A DNA stretch of 64,000 nucleotides, taken from assembly GCA_000092065.1 (NCBI GenBank), contig CP000587.1; one strand, 5' to 3'. The position numbers and the translations under genes are program-made. Shown in pieces: positions 1-9,538 of the stretch; position 1 is the stretch's first letter; every line of letters begins with the position of its first letter. This stretch comes from Ostreococcus lucimarinus. Lineage: Eukaryota. The notes under the pieces were generated by a model that worked only from the letters and a program-made list of their open reading frames with translations, searched no databases and was not told the DNA's origin.

Positions 1-39
1 TCGCAAAGCGCGAGGGCGAGCCCGAGGCGCGCGCGCGAC

Positions 40-864
40 ATGGGCGCGTGCGCGTCGCGCGCGCCCGCGTCGTCGCGCGAGACGACGGACGGCGTCGAAT
101 CGCGCGACTCGAGCGCGACGACGACGACGACGACGACGACGGCGGTGGACGGCGGCGACGGGAAGGCGCGCGAGCGAAGCGACGGCGTGCCGACGCCGCG
201 ACACTGGGACGAGGGCGACGGCGCGGCGCGCGCGAGCGACGCGGACGGGTTGCCGCGACGCGTGCGGGCGCTGGAGGCGGATTGGGAGGCGACGGCGAGA
301 CGATCGGCGACGGAACGGCGAGCGCACGCGGTGATGCTCGCGGAGGAGCGCGCGGTGCGGAAAAGATTGATGGAGGGGATGTCGGACGAGCGAAGGATGC
401 GAGGACTGGGCGCGGGAGGGCGGGACGACGCGACGCTGCGGGAGATTCGAGAACGCGGGGCGACGCACACGACGTTCGGCGCGGTGTTGGATCGGCGGTA
501 CGTCACGGGATTGGTGGACAGCACGAGCGATGCGATCGAGTTGAAAGGCGTGCGGAGGGCGAATTCGGTGTCGCCGCCGCTGTGCGATGCGAACGATTCG
601 GTGGACGCGATGAGTCGAGCGTCGTTCGGGTCGGCGTTCGCGGCGAGCGCGACGGCGATGTCGGTGTCGACGAGCGTGTCGGAGAGGCTGAGGGACGAGG
701 ACGGCGGCGCGGGGGACACGACACCGCGCTCTCCGCGGGTGACGAATGACTTCCCCGAAGACGCCGAGGTTCCCACGCGCACGACGCCGTTTAGCGATCG
801 AGTCGAGCGACAACTGCAGGCTTCGGCGCTCAAGGGAAAACGTCCCGAAGAGGCGACGCCGTGA
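40..864 (+). CDS. hypothetical protein with N-terminal MGxxxS (possible N-myristoylation) motif, otherwise low-complexity
   Basis: ORF track 40..864, begins MGACASR. Poly-Thr and acidic low-complexity. No recognisable domain. Confidence 0.3.
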   Translation: MGACASRAPASSRETTDGVESRDSSATTTTTTTTAVDGGDGKARERSDGVPTPRHWDEGDGAARASDADGLPRRVRALEADWEATARRSATERRAHAVMLAEERAVRKRLMEGMSDERRMRGLGAGGRDDATLREIRERGATHTTFGAVLDRRYVTGLVDSTSDAIELKGVRRANSVSPPLCDANDSVDAMSRASFGSAFAASATAMSVSTSVSERLRDEDGGAGDTTPRSPRVTNDFPEDAEVPTRTTPFSDRVERQLQASALKGKRPEEATP

Positions 865-944
865 AGCGCGACGCTTCGCAATCGTAGCACACCAGTAGCA
901 ACAGTAATTCACCAGTATCAGTAGTTGTTGTAGTTCTATCATCG

Positions 945-2060
945 TCAAGCCGCGAGCGCCGTCGGCCGTTGTGGCCGCGTCGCTTTGCAATCGGGGAATT
1001 TCCGCGACACGGCCACGATTGGGTAGTGATCGCTGAGAGCCAACCCCCGAGCGTCTCGACACATCGCATGGTGTACGTAGCCAGAGTCTGCGTGTCTGTG
1101 GTGCAGCGGCACGCCGCGCGTGACCATCGATGAGAGGTCGATGACGTAGTCGAGGACGACTTTCGGCACTAAATCGATGTATCGCGACTCGCCGAGACAC
1201 GGCAACACGACGTGCCGCCAACGCGCGACGGGAAAGGTCAAACGAAAACTTCGGTCGACACCTCTCGTCGATCCTTCTCGTCCAGCGATCGATCCATCGA
1301 TATCAGTCAACGGCGCCATGAGATCGACGGATCCGGGAAATTTGTTCATCAGATCTTCGTACTCGCCCGAGCCAGCGACGATGTTCAAGTCGCCGACGAG
1401 CATAATCCGATCGACCTCGTACCCGTTACCCGCGCATTCCATCTCCGCGCGATGCACCACGTCCTTGATGCACGAGATCTGCTTCGCACGCGTGTCTCGC
1501 CCGGATGACCAGTAGTCGGACTGCAGGTGCGTGTTGAGCACGATGGCGACTCGCGTCGTCGGGTCCTCCGCCGCAGTCAAGCGCAAAAAGCTCGTGCTCA
1601 CGCCTTTGGTGAACGACAATCTCTCGACCCCTTTCGCCGGTAGCGCAGTGAAGTGGTTGCACACCATCGAGAATTTTGACGCGATCATCAACCCGCATCG
1701 GGCGCTCGGGGCGTAAACGAATGGAAACTCCTCGCGCAGCGCCACTTTCAAAGCCTTGGCCGCTTCGACTTCCCACATTTCTTGCAAACACACGACGTCG
1801 ATCGCGTCCGCTCGAGAACAGCACAGAATGTTATTCGCCATCGCGTGCGCGCGCTTCGCGATGTCCGTTCTCGTCCCTCCTTGACCTGCAAACACGCCCG
1901 GCAACATTTGCGCGTTCCACGTGCACACCTTCAACAACGAGTTCATCCCAGCGGGGCGCTCGCGCGCGAGCGCGTCGTCGAGGGCGCGCGTGCGGGCGTC
2001 GAGCGCGTGTGTGTGAGCGATATCTACGGTCGACGGCGGCTGATTCGCGTGCGGTACCAT
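945..2060 (-). CDS. endonuclease/exonuclease/phosphatase (EEP) family protein, neutral sphingomyelinase-like
   Basis: ORF 945..2168. EEP signature blocks LKVCTWNAQ, DVVCLQEM, LVGDLN, SDHYPI. Start placed at internal Met MVPHANQ (2060). The upstream part of the ORF is low-complexity. Confidence 0.6.
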   Translation of the reverse strand: MVPHANQPPSTVDIAHTHALDARTRALDDALARERPAGMNSLLKVCTWNAQMLPGVFAGQGGTRTDIAKRAHAMANNILCCSRADAIDVVCLQEMWEVEAAKALKVALREEFPFVYAPSARCGLMIASKFSMVCNHFTALPAKGVERLSFTKGVSTSFLRLTAAEDPTTRVAIVLNTHLQSDYWSSGRDTRAKQISCIKDVVHRAEMECAGNGYEVDRIMLVGDLNIVAGSGEYEDLMNKFPGSVDLMAPLTDIDGSIAGREGSTRGVDRSFRLTFPVARWRHVVLPCLGESRYIDLVPKVVLDYVIDLSSMVTRGVPLHHRHADSGYVHHAMCRDARGLALSDHYPIVAVSRKFPDCKATRPQRPTALAA

Positions 2061-2333
2061 GGCGTCGCGTTGTGAAGTTCGAGGCGCCGTCGCGTCGTCT
2101 CGGCTCGCGCGACGAATAGCCGAGCGCGCGTGGATTTCACTGGAAGCTAGTCGACACCAATCGTGCACCGTGCCGTGCGCGAGGAGCAGAGTAAATGTAA
2201 ATCGTAAATGGATTTTACAAGCTATCCAACGCCAATCACGACGTCGCGCGCTCCCCTTCTAAAGTAATTGAGAATAGTCACCACGTAAGAGCGTAAATGA
2301 AATTTCTCGTGTCACGACATCCGCTACGTCTGC

Positions 2334-2853
2334 TTAGAAGACGCCGAGAGTGATCGCCTTGTCGATCGGGAGGCAGGCACCGATGCCCATCCAAATCGCG
2401 TAGAAGGTACCGACCAAGAAAACCGTCATCGCCAACGGTCGGCGGAACGGGTTTTGGAACTTGTTGATCGACTCGAGGAACGGCACGGTGATCAAACCAA
2501 CCGGCACGGCAGCCATGGAGAGGACACCGAGGAGCTTGTTCGGGATCACGCGAAGCGCGTTGAAAGTCGGGAAGAAGTACCACTCCGGCAAAATTTCGAG
2601 CGGCGTGGCGAACGGATCCGCCGGCTCGCCGAGCTGGGTCGGTTCCATCACCGCGAGGCCGATGCACAACGCGATGGTACCGAGGATAACGACCGGGAAA
2701 ATGTAGAGTAAATCGTTCGGCCACGCCGGTTCGCCGTAGTAGTTGTGACCCATGCCCTTGGCGAGCTTGGCGCGGAGCACCGGGTCGGACAAGTCGGGCT
2801 TCTTCGTCACCGACGCGACGACTTGGAAGTTACCGCGAGCCTTCGGGGAGACA
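2334..2853 (-). CDS. petD: cytochrome b6-f complex subunit IV (PetD), exon 2 (mature protein plus end of transit peptide), nuclear copy
   Basis: The translation [47 protein letters not shown]...[10 protein letters not shown]...[12 protein letters not shown] is about 80% identical, by eye, to plastid PetD from plants and algae. Codon usage is GC-rich. The in-frame upstream [14 protein letters not shown] reaches a CGCAG acceptor at 2854-2855. Confidence 0.85.
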
Positions 2854-3231
2854 CTGCGATCGCGCGCGAATCGTCGCTTCGTCAGTCTTCATTCATTCGC
2901 CCTCGCGCGCGCGTCCACGCCGCCGTCACCGCCGCGCCGATCCTCATCCGTCGTCTCGCGCGTCCGCGCGCGCGCGTCCGTCGTCCCGCGCCAAACCCTA
3001 TCTTATCATGGGGGGATCGCGATCCCGTCGCGCTTCGTCGCCCGCCCGCGCGTCGCGCGCCGCGCCGACCCCCGATACCCGCCCGCTCCACCGACGCATC
3101 CCTCGCCATTCGCATCGCATCGCGCGTCCCGCGCGTCCCGCGCATCGTTTCGCGCGTCGCCTCGCGCGTCGTCATCCGCCCTCGATCGCGTCCCGTTCGC
3201 GTCGCGCGTCGCCCATTCATCCCCCACGCAC

Positions 3232-3353
3232 CGCAACGGATCGAACCCCCTCACGGCGCCGAACTGCGCGCGCGCCGCGGTGGATTTTTGCGTCGCGCGC
3301 GCGCGCGCGACGACGCGCGGTCGCGCGACGTTGGAGAGCGTTTGCGCGATCAT
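3232..3353 (-). CDS. petD: PetD exon 1: predicted chloroplast transit peptide (MIAQTLSNVARPRVVARARATQKSTAARAQFGAVRGFDPLR)
   Basis: ATG at 3353. A/R/S/T-rich peptide without acidic residues. Ends with 2 nt followed by GTGCGT donor at 3231-3226, phase-compatible with exon 2 (CG+T = Arg). The 378-nt intron has an ACTGAC branch motif about 25 nt before the acceptor. Confidence 0.6.
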
Positions 3354-3732
3354 CGTCTCGTCGCGGTGTGCCGTCGTCGACGCGTCGTCGCGCGTCGTCG
3401 CGCGTCGTCGCGCGTCGTCGCGCGTTTATTTCGCCCCACGGCTCGTAGTCGAGACGCGCGTAAGCCCATCGAGACGTCGCGATCGTCGTCGCCGCCTGCG
3501 CCGCGTCATCGTTCGGTGCGCCATTCGGGACGGGGTTTCATTCATGCGCGCGCGGGTTTATCGTTCGCGCGCTTTCGCGCGTCGCGAGACGTTCGTCTTA
3601 TATTGTACTCGATCTGAAGCCCATGTATTACGCGCGGCGCGCGCGCGGGCGTCGACATCGCATCCGTCGGTAGCGGCGCCGCGAGACGCGCGCGCGCGTC
3701 GCGTCGGGTCGGGCGAGCGTCGGCGAGCCGCG

Positions 3733-4749
3733 ATGGACGACGACGTCGCGCGCGGCGCGCCCGGCGCGGCGCTCGCGGACGCCGCGCGCGCGGTTCGCGA
3801 GCGACGCGCGCGAGGCGACGATGATTACGACGACGACGACGCGACGGCGACGACGACGGCGCGTCGTGGACGCGCGCGGGACGCGGTCGCGCGCGCGCGG
3901 GCGCTGATGGCGCGCGGACGACGCGCGGAGGCGAAGGCGGCGCTGGACGGCGCGGCGGTGGGGCGAGACGACGACGACGACGACGACGCGACGTTCGCGC
4001 TCGCGGCGCTTCGCGCGGAACTGCCGTATCATTTGAACGATGCGCGCGGCTCGTTGGACGCGATGTGCGCGGTGCACGCGATGTGCGCGAGAGAGGCGCG
4101 GGAGGCGCGCGGGGCGGAGGCGCGAGAGGCGTGGCGGCGGAGACGCGACGCGGCGGCGAGGGGGGTGGCGAGACGACACATGTTGGGCGATGATCCGCGC
4201 GCCGCGCTCGTGTGGCTCGATGCGTTGGCGCGTAGCGAACCGGACGAACCGGCGCACTTTTCCGCGGCGGGACGCGCGCACTTGATGATGGGAGACTTAG
4301 AGGGCGCGCGGCTGTGTTTCGAGGCGGCGGAGAAGAAGACGGCGGCGCTCGGCGAGGCGGCGACGGAGGCGCAGCGCGGGCGCGTGTTGCGCGATCGCGG
4401 TGATTACTTTCTCACGGGGTTGAGGTTTCCCGAAGCCAGGACCGCGTTCGCGGCGGCGATGGCGAAGGGCGAGACGGACGTCGCGGCCAAGGTGAACTCG
4501 GCGGTGGCGGCGGTGTACGACGGCGATTTGAATTCTTCGCGCGCGCTTCTAGAGAGCGGTTTGGCGAACGTCGTGAACGCTGATGTGAATTCAAAGGCGC
4601 GCGCGTTCATCTCTCCGAGTGTGGTGAAAAACTTGAATAGCATATACGAGCTCACGGCGCGTTCGCCCGCCGAGGCCAAGCGCGCGATGAACGACTTCAT
4701 CAAGCTCGTCGCGCCCGAGGACTTTGACGTCACGTGCATGGCGACCTAG
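3733..4749 (+). CDS. TPR-like protein, possibly TRAPPC12/TTC15-like
   Basis: ORF 2752..4749. Start taken at MDDDVARG (3733) after an N-terminal low-complexity stretch that overlaps the petD upstream region. C-terminal helical repeat region (GDLEGARLCFEAAE..., VNSAVAAVYDGDLNSSRALLESGL). Family assignment tentative. Confidence 0.45.
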   Translation: MDDDVARGAPGAALADAARAVRERRARGDDDYDDDDATATTTARRGRARDAVARARALMARGRRAEAKAALDGAAVGRDDDDDDDATFALAALRAELPYHLNDARGSLDAMCAVHAMCAREAREARGAEAREAWRRRRDAAARGVARRHMLGDDPRAALVWLDALARSEPDEPAHFSAAGRAHLMMGDLEGARLCFEAAEKKTAALGEAATEAQRGRVLRDRGDYFLTGLRFPEARTAFAAAMAKGETDVAAKVNSAVAAVYDGDLNSSRALLESGLANVVNADVNSKARAFISPSVVKNLNSIYELTARSPAEAKRAMNDFIKLVAPEDFDVTCMAT

Positions 4750-4815
4750 CCCTCGCGTCTTAGCACATAGACAGCGCGCGCGCGGCTGCCGCGAATGACG
4801 TGTACACGTACGGTT

Positions 4816-4820
4816 TGTAA
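4816..4820 (+). promoter_or_regulatory. TGTAA putative polyadenylation signal, 67 nt downstream of the 3733..4749 gene
   Basis: TGTAA pentamer inside an AT-richer island (ggtttgtaattaaaaaatg). TGTAA is the established poly(A) signal in green algae. Confidence 0.3.
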
Positions 4821-4874
4821 TTAAAAAATGCGCTTTGCTAAGAAAAGTTATGTGTGTGTTCTACGGTGCTGACG

Positions 4875-5681
4875 TTAAACGTTTACGTTCAACGCCTTGG
4901 AGATGGCGAATGAAACCAAATACGCGGACGCCGCGGCGAGCGTACCGTTCAAGAGCATATACAGCGCGCTACTCGTGACGTTTTGATTCGTGAACTTCGC
5001 TTTGGCCGCGCCCAAAGCGGCCATCGTCATCGCGGTGAGTCCGCACGCCAACCCGAAGAGCGCGTCCCCGTTCGCCCCTCCGATCGCTCGCCCGAAAACG
5101 TACGGCACGAGCGGAACGAAACCAAACAGCGCGAACGCGCAAAACGTCACCAGCCCATTCTTCGCCGGTGAATCCGTTTCATCCGGCGGCATTAACCCGA
5201 GCTCCTCGACCATCATCAAGTCCAAGAAGAAGTTTTTATACTTTGCCAAGCGCTCGATCACCATCGTCGCGTCCTCTTCGCTCACGCCGCGCGCCATGAA
5301 AAGCTCAATCATTTCTCGTTTCTCTCCCTCTGGATAGTTTTCTAATTCCCATTTCTCCCGCTTCTTTTCCGTCTTCGCGTAGTCGAGCTCCGCCTTGCTC
5401 GAAAGGTAATCTCCGAACCCCATGGATATACCGTCGGCCACGAGGTTGGCGAATCCCATCAAAAGCACGACTTCCGTGCTCAGCCCGCCACCCTTGCTCG
5501 CGGCGACGACGGCAAAGGTCGTGATGGTGCCGTCCAGTCCGCCGAAGACGAGAGATTTGACGTACTTGCCAGCCTCCCCCGCGTGACCGGCTTCTATTTC
5601 GCTGTCGTGCGCGGCGCGGCTTGCCGCCGCGTCGGCGCTCTCGAACGCATTCTTCGCCGCGTCGAGATCTCGAGTGGCCAT
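4875..5681 (-). CDS. vacuolar iron transporter (VIT1/CCC1 family)
   Basis: VIT-family motifs GGLDGTITTFAVVAASKGG and GFANLVADGISMGFGDYLS. Five predicted TM helices. Start at MATRDLD (5681). Confidence 0.8.
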   Translation of the reverse strand: MATRDLDAAKNAFESADAAASRAAHDSEIEAGHAGEAGKYVKSLVFGGLDGTITTFAVVAASKGGGLSTEVVLLMGFANLVADGISMGFGDYLSSKAELDYAKTEKKREKWELENYPEGEKREMIELFMARGVSEEDATMVIERLAKYKNFFLDLMMVEELGLMPPDETDSPAKNGLVTFCAFALFGFVPLVPYVFGRAIGGANGDALFGLACGLTAMTMAALGAAKAKFTNQNVTSSALYMLLNGTLAAASAYLVSFAISKALNVNV

Positions 5682-6711
5682 CGTCGCTGAATTCCGCGCC
5701 GGCGTCGAGGAGTGACGCGCGAAGGGCGTCAAACGTCCTAGGAAAAAGTCGGACGGATGGATAGACGCGACCGCGTCGCCGGAATCGTCACGGCGACGGC
5801 GCCGAACGGTGCGATCGCGCGCTCGAACCGTCGTCATCATCATCCAATAAACGCGCCAGAGCGTCATCGCGATCGAGCGCGCCGAAACGCGCGACATTGG
5901 GAGTCGCGAACGCCGCGCCGCCGACGTCGGCGCCGCCGCCTCGACGAGCCGCGCGACGGGTCGGAGTCTCAATCGCGCCCTCGCTCGCGGTTTCCGACAC
6001 CCGACGTCGCTGATGCACCAAAACCGAGGAACCCTCGCGCGCGATCGCGGACGGCGACGCGCGCCGAACGTTCGTGGACGCCCCGGTCGACGGCGGATCG
6101 ACCGCCGACTTCTCGACCTCGCGCGATCGAACCTCCCGCAACGCCACGGGAATGACGGTGTCTCCAAAATTCTCCCCTATCGCGCTCGACGGCGAACCGA
6201 AACACTTCAGCCATCCTCCGCGTCGTTGTTTTGCGCCCTCGACCGTTCCCGCGTCTCGACGCCGCGGCGCGCCCGTTCTCGCCGCGCCTCGTTCCGACGA
6301 CGCCGGCGTCGCCCGCCCCGAGGACCGCCCGCTCGAGCTCAGGCTCTCCATTACCCCTCGCGTGATCGCGAACGCGGTGTCGAACGACCCTCGCTTTCGT
6401 CGGTCGACGCCGTCGCGTCGCTTCGCGCGCGCGTCGCTCGTTCGCCCGCCGCGCGCTTTGGGTTGAATATCCACGCGCGAGGTCACCACCGCCGCGTCGC
6501 TGTCGAGAATCGTGCGCGTGCCGCCGAGCCAATCCGCGAACGAGGCCTCGTCGACGTCGGGGCCGCACTTAAGTTCCGTCATCTTCGCGCGCGCGGCGAT
6601 GGACGCGGACGCGCGCGAGGGTCTGCGGCGAGGGGAACGACGCGCGCGAGATTTGAATTTGAACGCGAAACGCGCGCGCGCGGGGCGGGCGCGTCATTTC
6701 CGCGCGCGACG

Positions 6712-7548
6712 ATGATGAAAGCGCGCGACGCGGAGAAAACGAAAGAAAACGATGAGCGGTCGCCGAGCGAGGCGCGCACGCTGTTCTATTCGCCGTATTA
6801 CGACGTGCCGAGCGATTTGGGGTTCCCGCCGGCGCCGCGCTCGACCGCGGGCACCGGGCACAGCGCGGCGCCGAGTTCGACGCGTGGGTTCTCGCTAAAG
6901 AAGATGTATCACTCCGCGATCAGCGCATTTAAGCCGTTCAAGCGATCGCGATCGCCCGAGCGCGCGGGGAAGGGTACGGAGACGGGGAAGACGCTCCGAA
7001 GGCCGAAGGCGCGCCGCGCCGTAAACGCGAACGCGAAGAACGCGACTTCGTCGTGGTTTTGGGTATTCGATAGCCCGAAATCCGATCCCCCAGCGAACGA
7101 CGAGAACGAGTCGGGTGCAGTGGTGAATGATATGTCGATCGAGGAGGGAGCGAACGTGCTCGGGGAAATCAATCGAGATTTCAGCGCAAACGCGCGCGAG
7201 ACAACGACGAGATTGACGACGCAGCCGAAGAATGCTTTACACGTGAGGAAGACGATTCGAAAGAAACCACCGGTCGCTCCAGCGGCTTCGAAGTACCATA
7301 GAAGACGCACCGAAACACTGAAGAATGGACAGGTTCGAAAGTGTTCGAGGTGCGCGATCGAGGGCGACAATTCAATCCACTGGCGTCGATCGTACGATTC
7401 GAAGAGTCCATTCTTCGGGTCAGACCTGTGTGATCGGTGCGGCAAAGCGGAATCGCGCGCATTAGCGAAGCTAAACTCTTCTACGGCGAAGGTTGTTGTG
7501 GCGAATCGACGTCGTACTGATACTCGCGCAATGCCGCGCCGTCGATGA
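6712..7548 (+). CDS. GATA-type zinc finger protein (divergent)
   Basis: C-terminal CSRCAIEGDNSIHWRR...CDRCG resembles a GATA finger with an extended loop. Start at MMKARDAE (6712). The upstream ORF part is GC-rich low complexity. Confidence 0.45.
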   Translation: MMKARDAEKTKENDERSPSEARTLFYSPYYDVPSDLGFPPAPRSTAGTGHSAAPSSTRGFSLKKMYHSAISAFKPFKRSRSPERAGKGTETGKTLRRPKARRAVNANAKNATSSWFWVFDSPKSDPPANDENESGAVVNDMSIEEGANVLGEINRDFSANARETTTRLTTQPKNALHVRKTIRKKPPVAPAASKYHRRRTETLKNGQVRKCSRCAIEGDNSIHWRRSYDSKSPFFGSDLCDRCGKAESRALAKLNSSTAKVVVANRRRTDTRAMPRRR

Positions 7549-7655
7549 AGCGCGCGCCTGTGACGAGAACGACTGAAATGAAGGAATCTGATCTAGAATG
7601 TGCTATGAAGAGTTGTAACTGCTGCTATGTGCGTGTATCGTACATGATGAATCAA

Positions 7656-9214
7656 TCAAATCGGTGTCCCGAAGTCCGCGTCGACTGGGTTCTTCCAGTG
7701 GTTAAAGTCGTTGAATTGTTCCTCCGCCACGCTTCCCGTCACCGGGCACGTATCTTCAATGGGCGGGAACATTTCGTGCGCGAGCTCGTTGACCTCGGAC
7801 AACGTGTACTGCTTCACTCGCTTTGTCGTCTCGCACACGACCTCGCCTTTCGGGTTGATCGTGAATACGCGGTGTTGAGGCACGCCCACGGCGAGGTAAG
7901 ACTCCACGTCTGTATCTCGGTTCCCGAACCCTGCATGAAAAGGATTCCACCCGGGTGGGAACAAGTTGCGAATGTCTTGCAAGCATCGAATCTTGAACCG
8001 CTGAGGGTTCCTCGTGACGACTTCGCGAAACAACGCTTTGGACAAAGGATCCGGCGCGCACATCACCGGCCCTTGCGCGAGCGTCTTGTCGCCCTGACGA
8101 AGCGACGACAGGTACTTTCTAGTTCCCGAAGCGTGCGAAATCGCTCGCGAAGTCAAGAACATCATCTTGTATCCGTTGTCGGTGATGTTGCTGTAAAGCG
8201 ACGCGACACCGTCGTGACTCCAGTCTTTACCGACCATCGGTGCGAGATGGCCGAGGACGTCACTCTTCGTGATCGTCCCGTCGACATCACTGATGACGAG
8301 CTTTATGTTCCAATCCCATAAATACACGAACGCCGAAACCTCTTGCAATCCCCACACGCGCGAGTTGAACGCGAACGAGATGGTATTGGTGCCGGGCTTG
8401 AGATCGAGCGACATCACTTCATCTTGCGTTAACTGCACGCGACGTACGCGACGACCTCGTCTCGGCGACGTCAACGCGTCGAAACCAACCGATCCGCCTG
8501 GCGCGTTGACCAAAGGCGACGCAGGCGCGTTGACGCGACCGTTCGAGGTCAACTTCCAGTTCGATGGCAAAGGAGTGCCGAACGCGAGGTGCGCCAAGAC
8601 GTGCGGTGCTGCCGCGCTCCAAGGTAATGCCTTCGCGGGTGGTCCCGCCGGACTGCGTCGCGGTCGCACGACGAGCCCAGAATGTCCGATCAGCCCAGGG
8701 TGCGCCTTGAAGTGCTCGAGCGTCACCAAGTGCTTGTCGAACTCCTCCACTTTCCCCCCGCACAAGCTCAACTCCACGGCGGGCAACACGGTCATTCCGG
8801 CGCTTTGTAACGCATCCACCGCCGTCGCCACTTCCTCTTCGGACATCGTACGTTTCCCGTCTTCTACGTCCCCGCTCGAACCCGACGTACTCGGCCTCGT
8901 CGTCTTCGGCGGCGTCTCTAATCGAAGCGCCGACAGCGCCTCGACCGCCCCGACCTCGTCTTCATCCCCGGTTCCTAACTCTATATCGCTTTCCTCATCT
9001 TCGTCCTCGTCGTCGTCGAAATCGTCCACACCGTCCGCGAAGTACGCCTCGCCGTTGGATCCGAGCCGCATCGTCAGCTCGCTCAGCGTCCCGTTCACCG
9101 TCACCGTCACCACCTTGGCTTCGCGTCCTCGCAGGAACGACTGCGCGTTACCGAATCGCACGTAGAACGGACTCGCCCTGAGTCCTCCGTCGGGTTGTTT
9201 GATCACCAGCGTGT
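7656..9214 (-). CDS. lipin / phosphatidate phosphatase (PAH1), exon 2
   Basis: N-LIP block IKQPDGGLRASPFYVRFG. LNS2/HAD catalytic motif ISDVDGTITKSD, followed by FLTSRAISHA and GFGNRDTDVESY. Acceptor CGCAG at 9215-9216. Confidence 0.8.
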
Positions 9215-9295
9215 CTGCGAGCGACGCGCGAGGCGTTGATTAGTCGACAGTTGGATCTCTCGCGCGGGTCGCGTTCGCGTTCGCGTCGTTCGTAC

Positions 9296-9428
9296 CTATA
9301 GCGCCGCTCGCGCTCGGGACGAGCGTGCTCACGGCGGCGACGGAGCCGCCGACGGTGCCCACGGCGACGGAGCCGGCGACATCGCGGATCTGGCGAAGCC
9401 GCGAGGCGAGGGTCTTGTTGTCCCCCAT
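9296..9428 (-). CDS. lipin exon 1 (MGDNKTLASRLRQIRDVAGSVAVGTVGGSVAAVSTLVPSASGAI)
   Basis: ATG 9428. Ends ...GCT ATA G | GTACGAAC. Splices to exon 2 giving SGAI-DTLVIKQPDGG, which matches the conserved lipin N-terminus (LSGCIDIIVVEQPDGS). The 81-nt intron contains (acgcgaacgcgaacgcg). Confidence 0.6.
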
Positions 9429-9538
9429 GACGCGAGGCGGGCACTGACGCGCGACGAACTGGAAAAAGTTGGAGATTTGATCACACGTATCGAGGAGTGA
9501 AAGTCGAGTCATGGTCTTGATTCGCGCGCGCGATGGCG

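Noticed and set aside
2334-2853. PetD as a recent NUPT (plastid DNA insertion) or plastid contamination
   Set aside because: Codon usage is GC-rich like the nuclear neighbours. The reading frame is split by a canonical spliceosomal intron and has an N-terminal presequence. No other plastid genes flank it.
2752-3732. Long + strand ORF continuing upstream of the TPR gene (R/A/S/P-rich, 330 codons)
   Set aside because: Low-complexity translation typical of GC-rich non-coding DNA. It runs antisense through the petD intron and exon 1. The real gene is taken from the internal Met at 3733.
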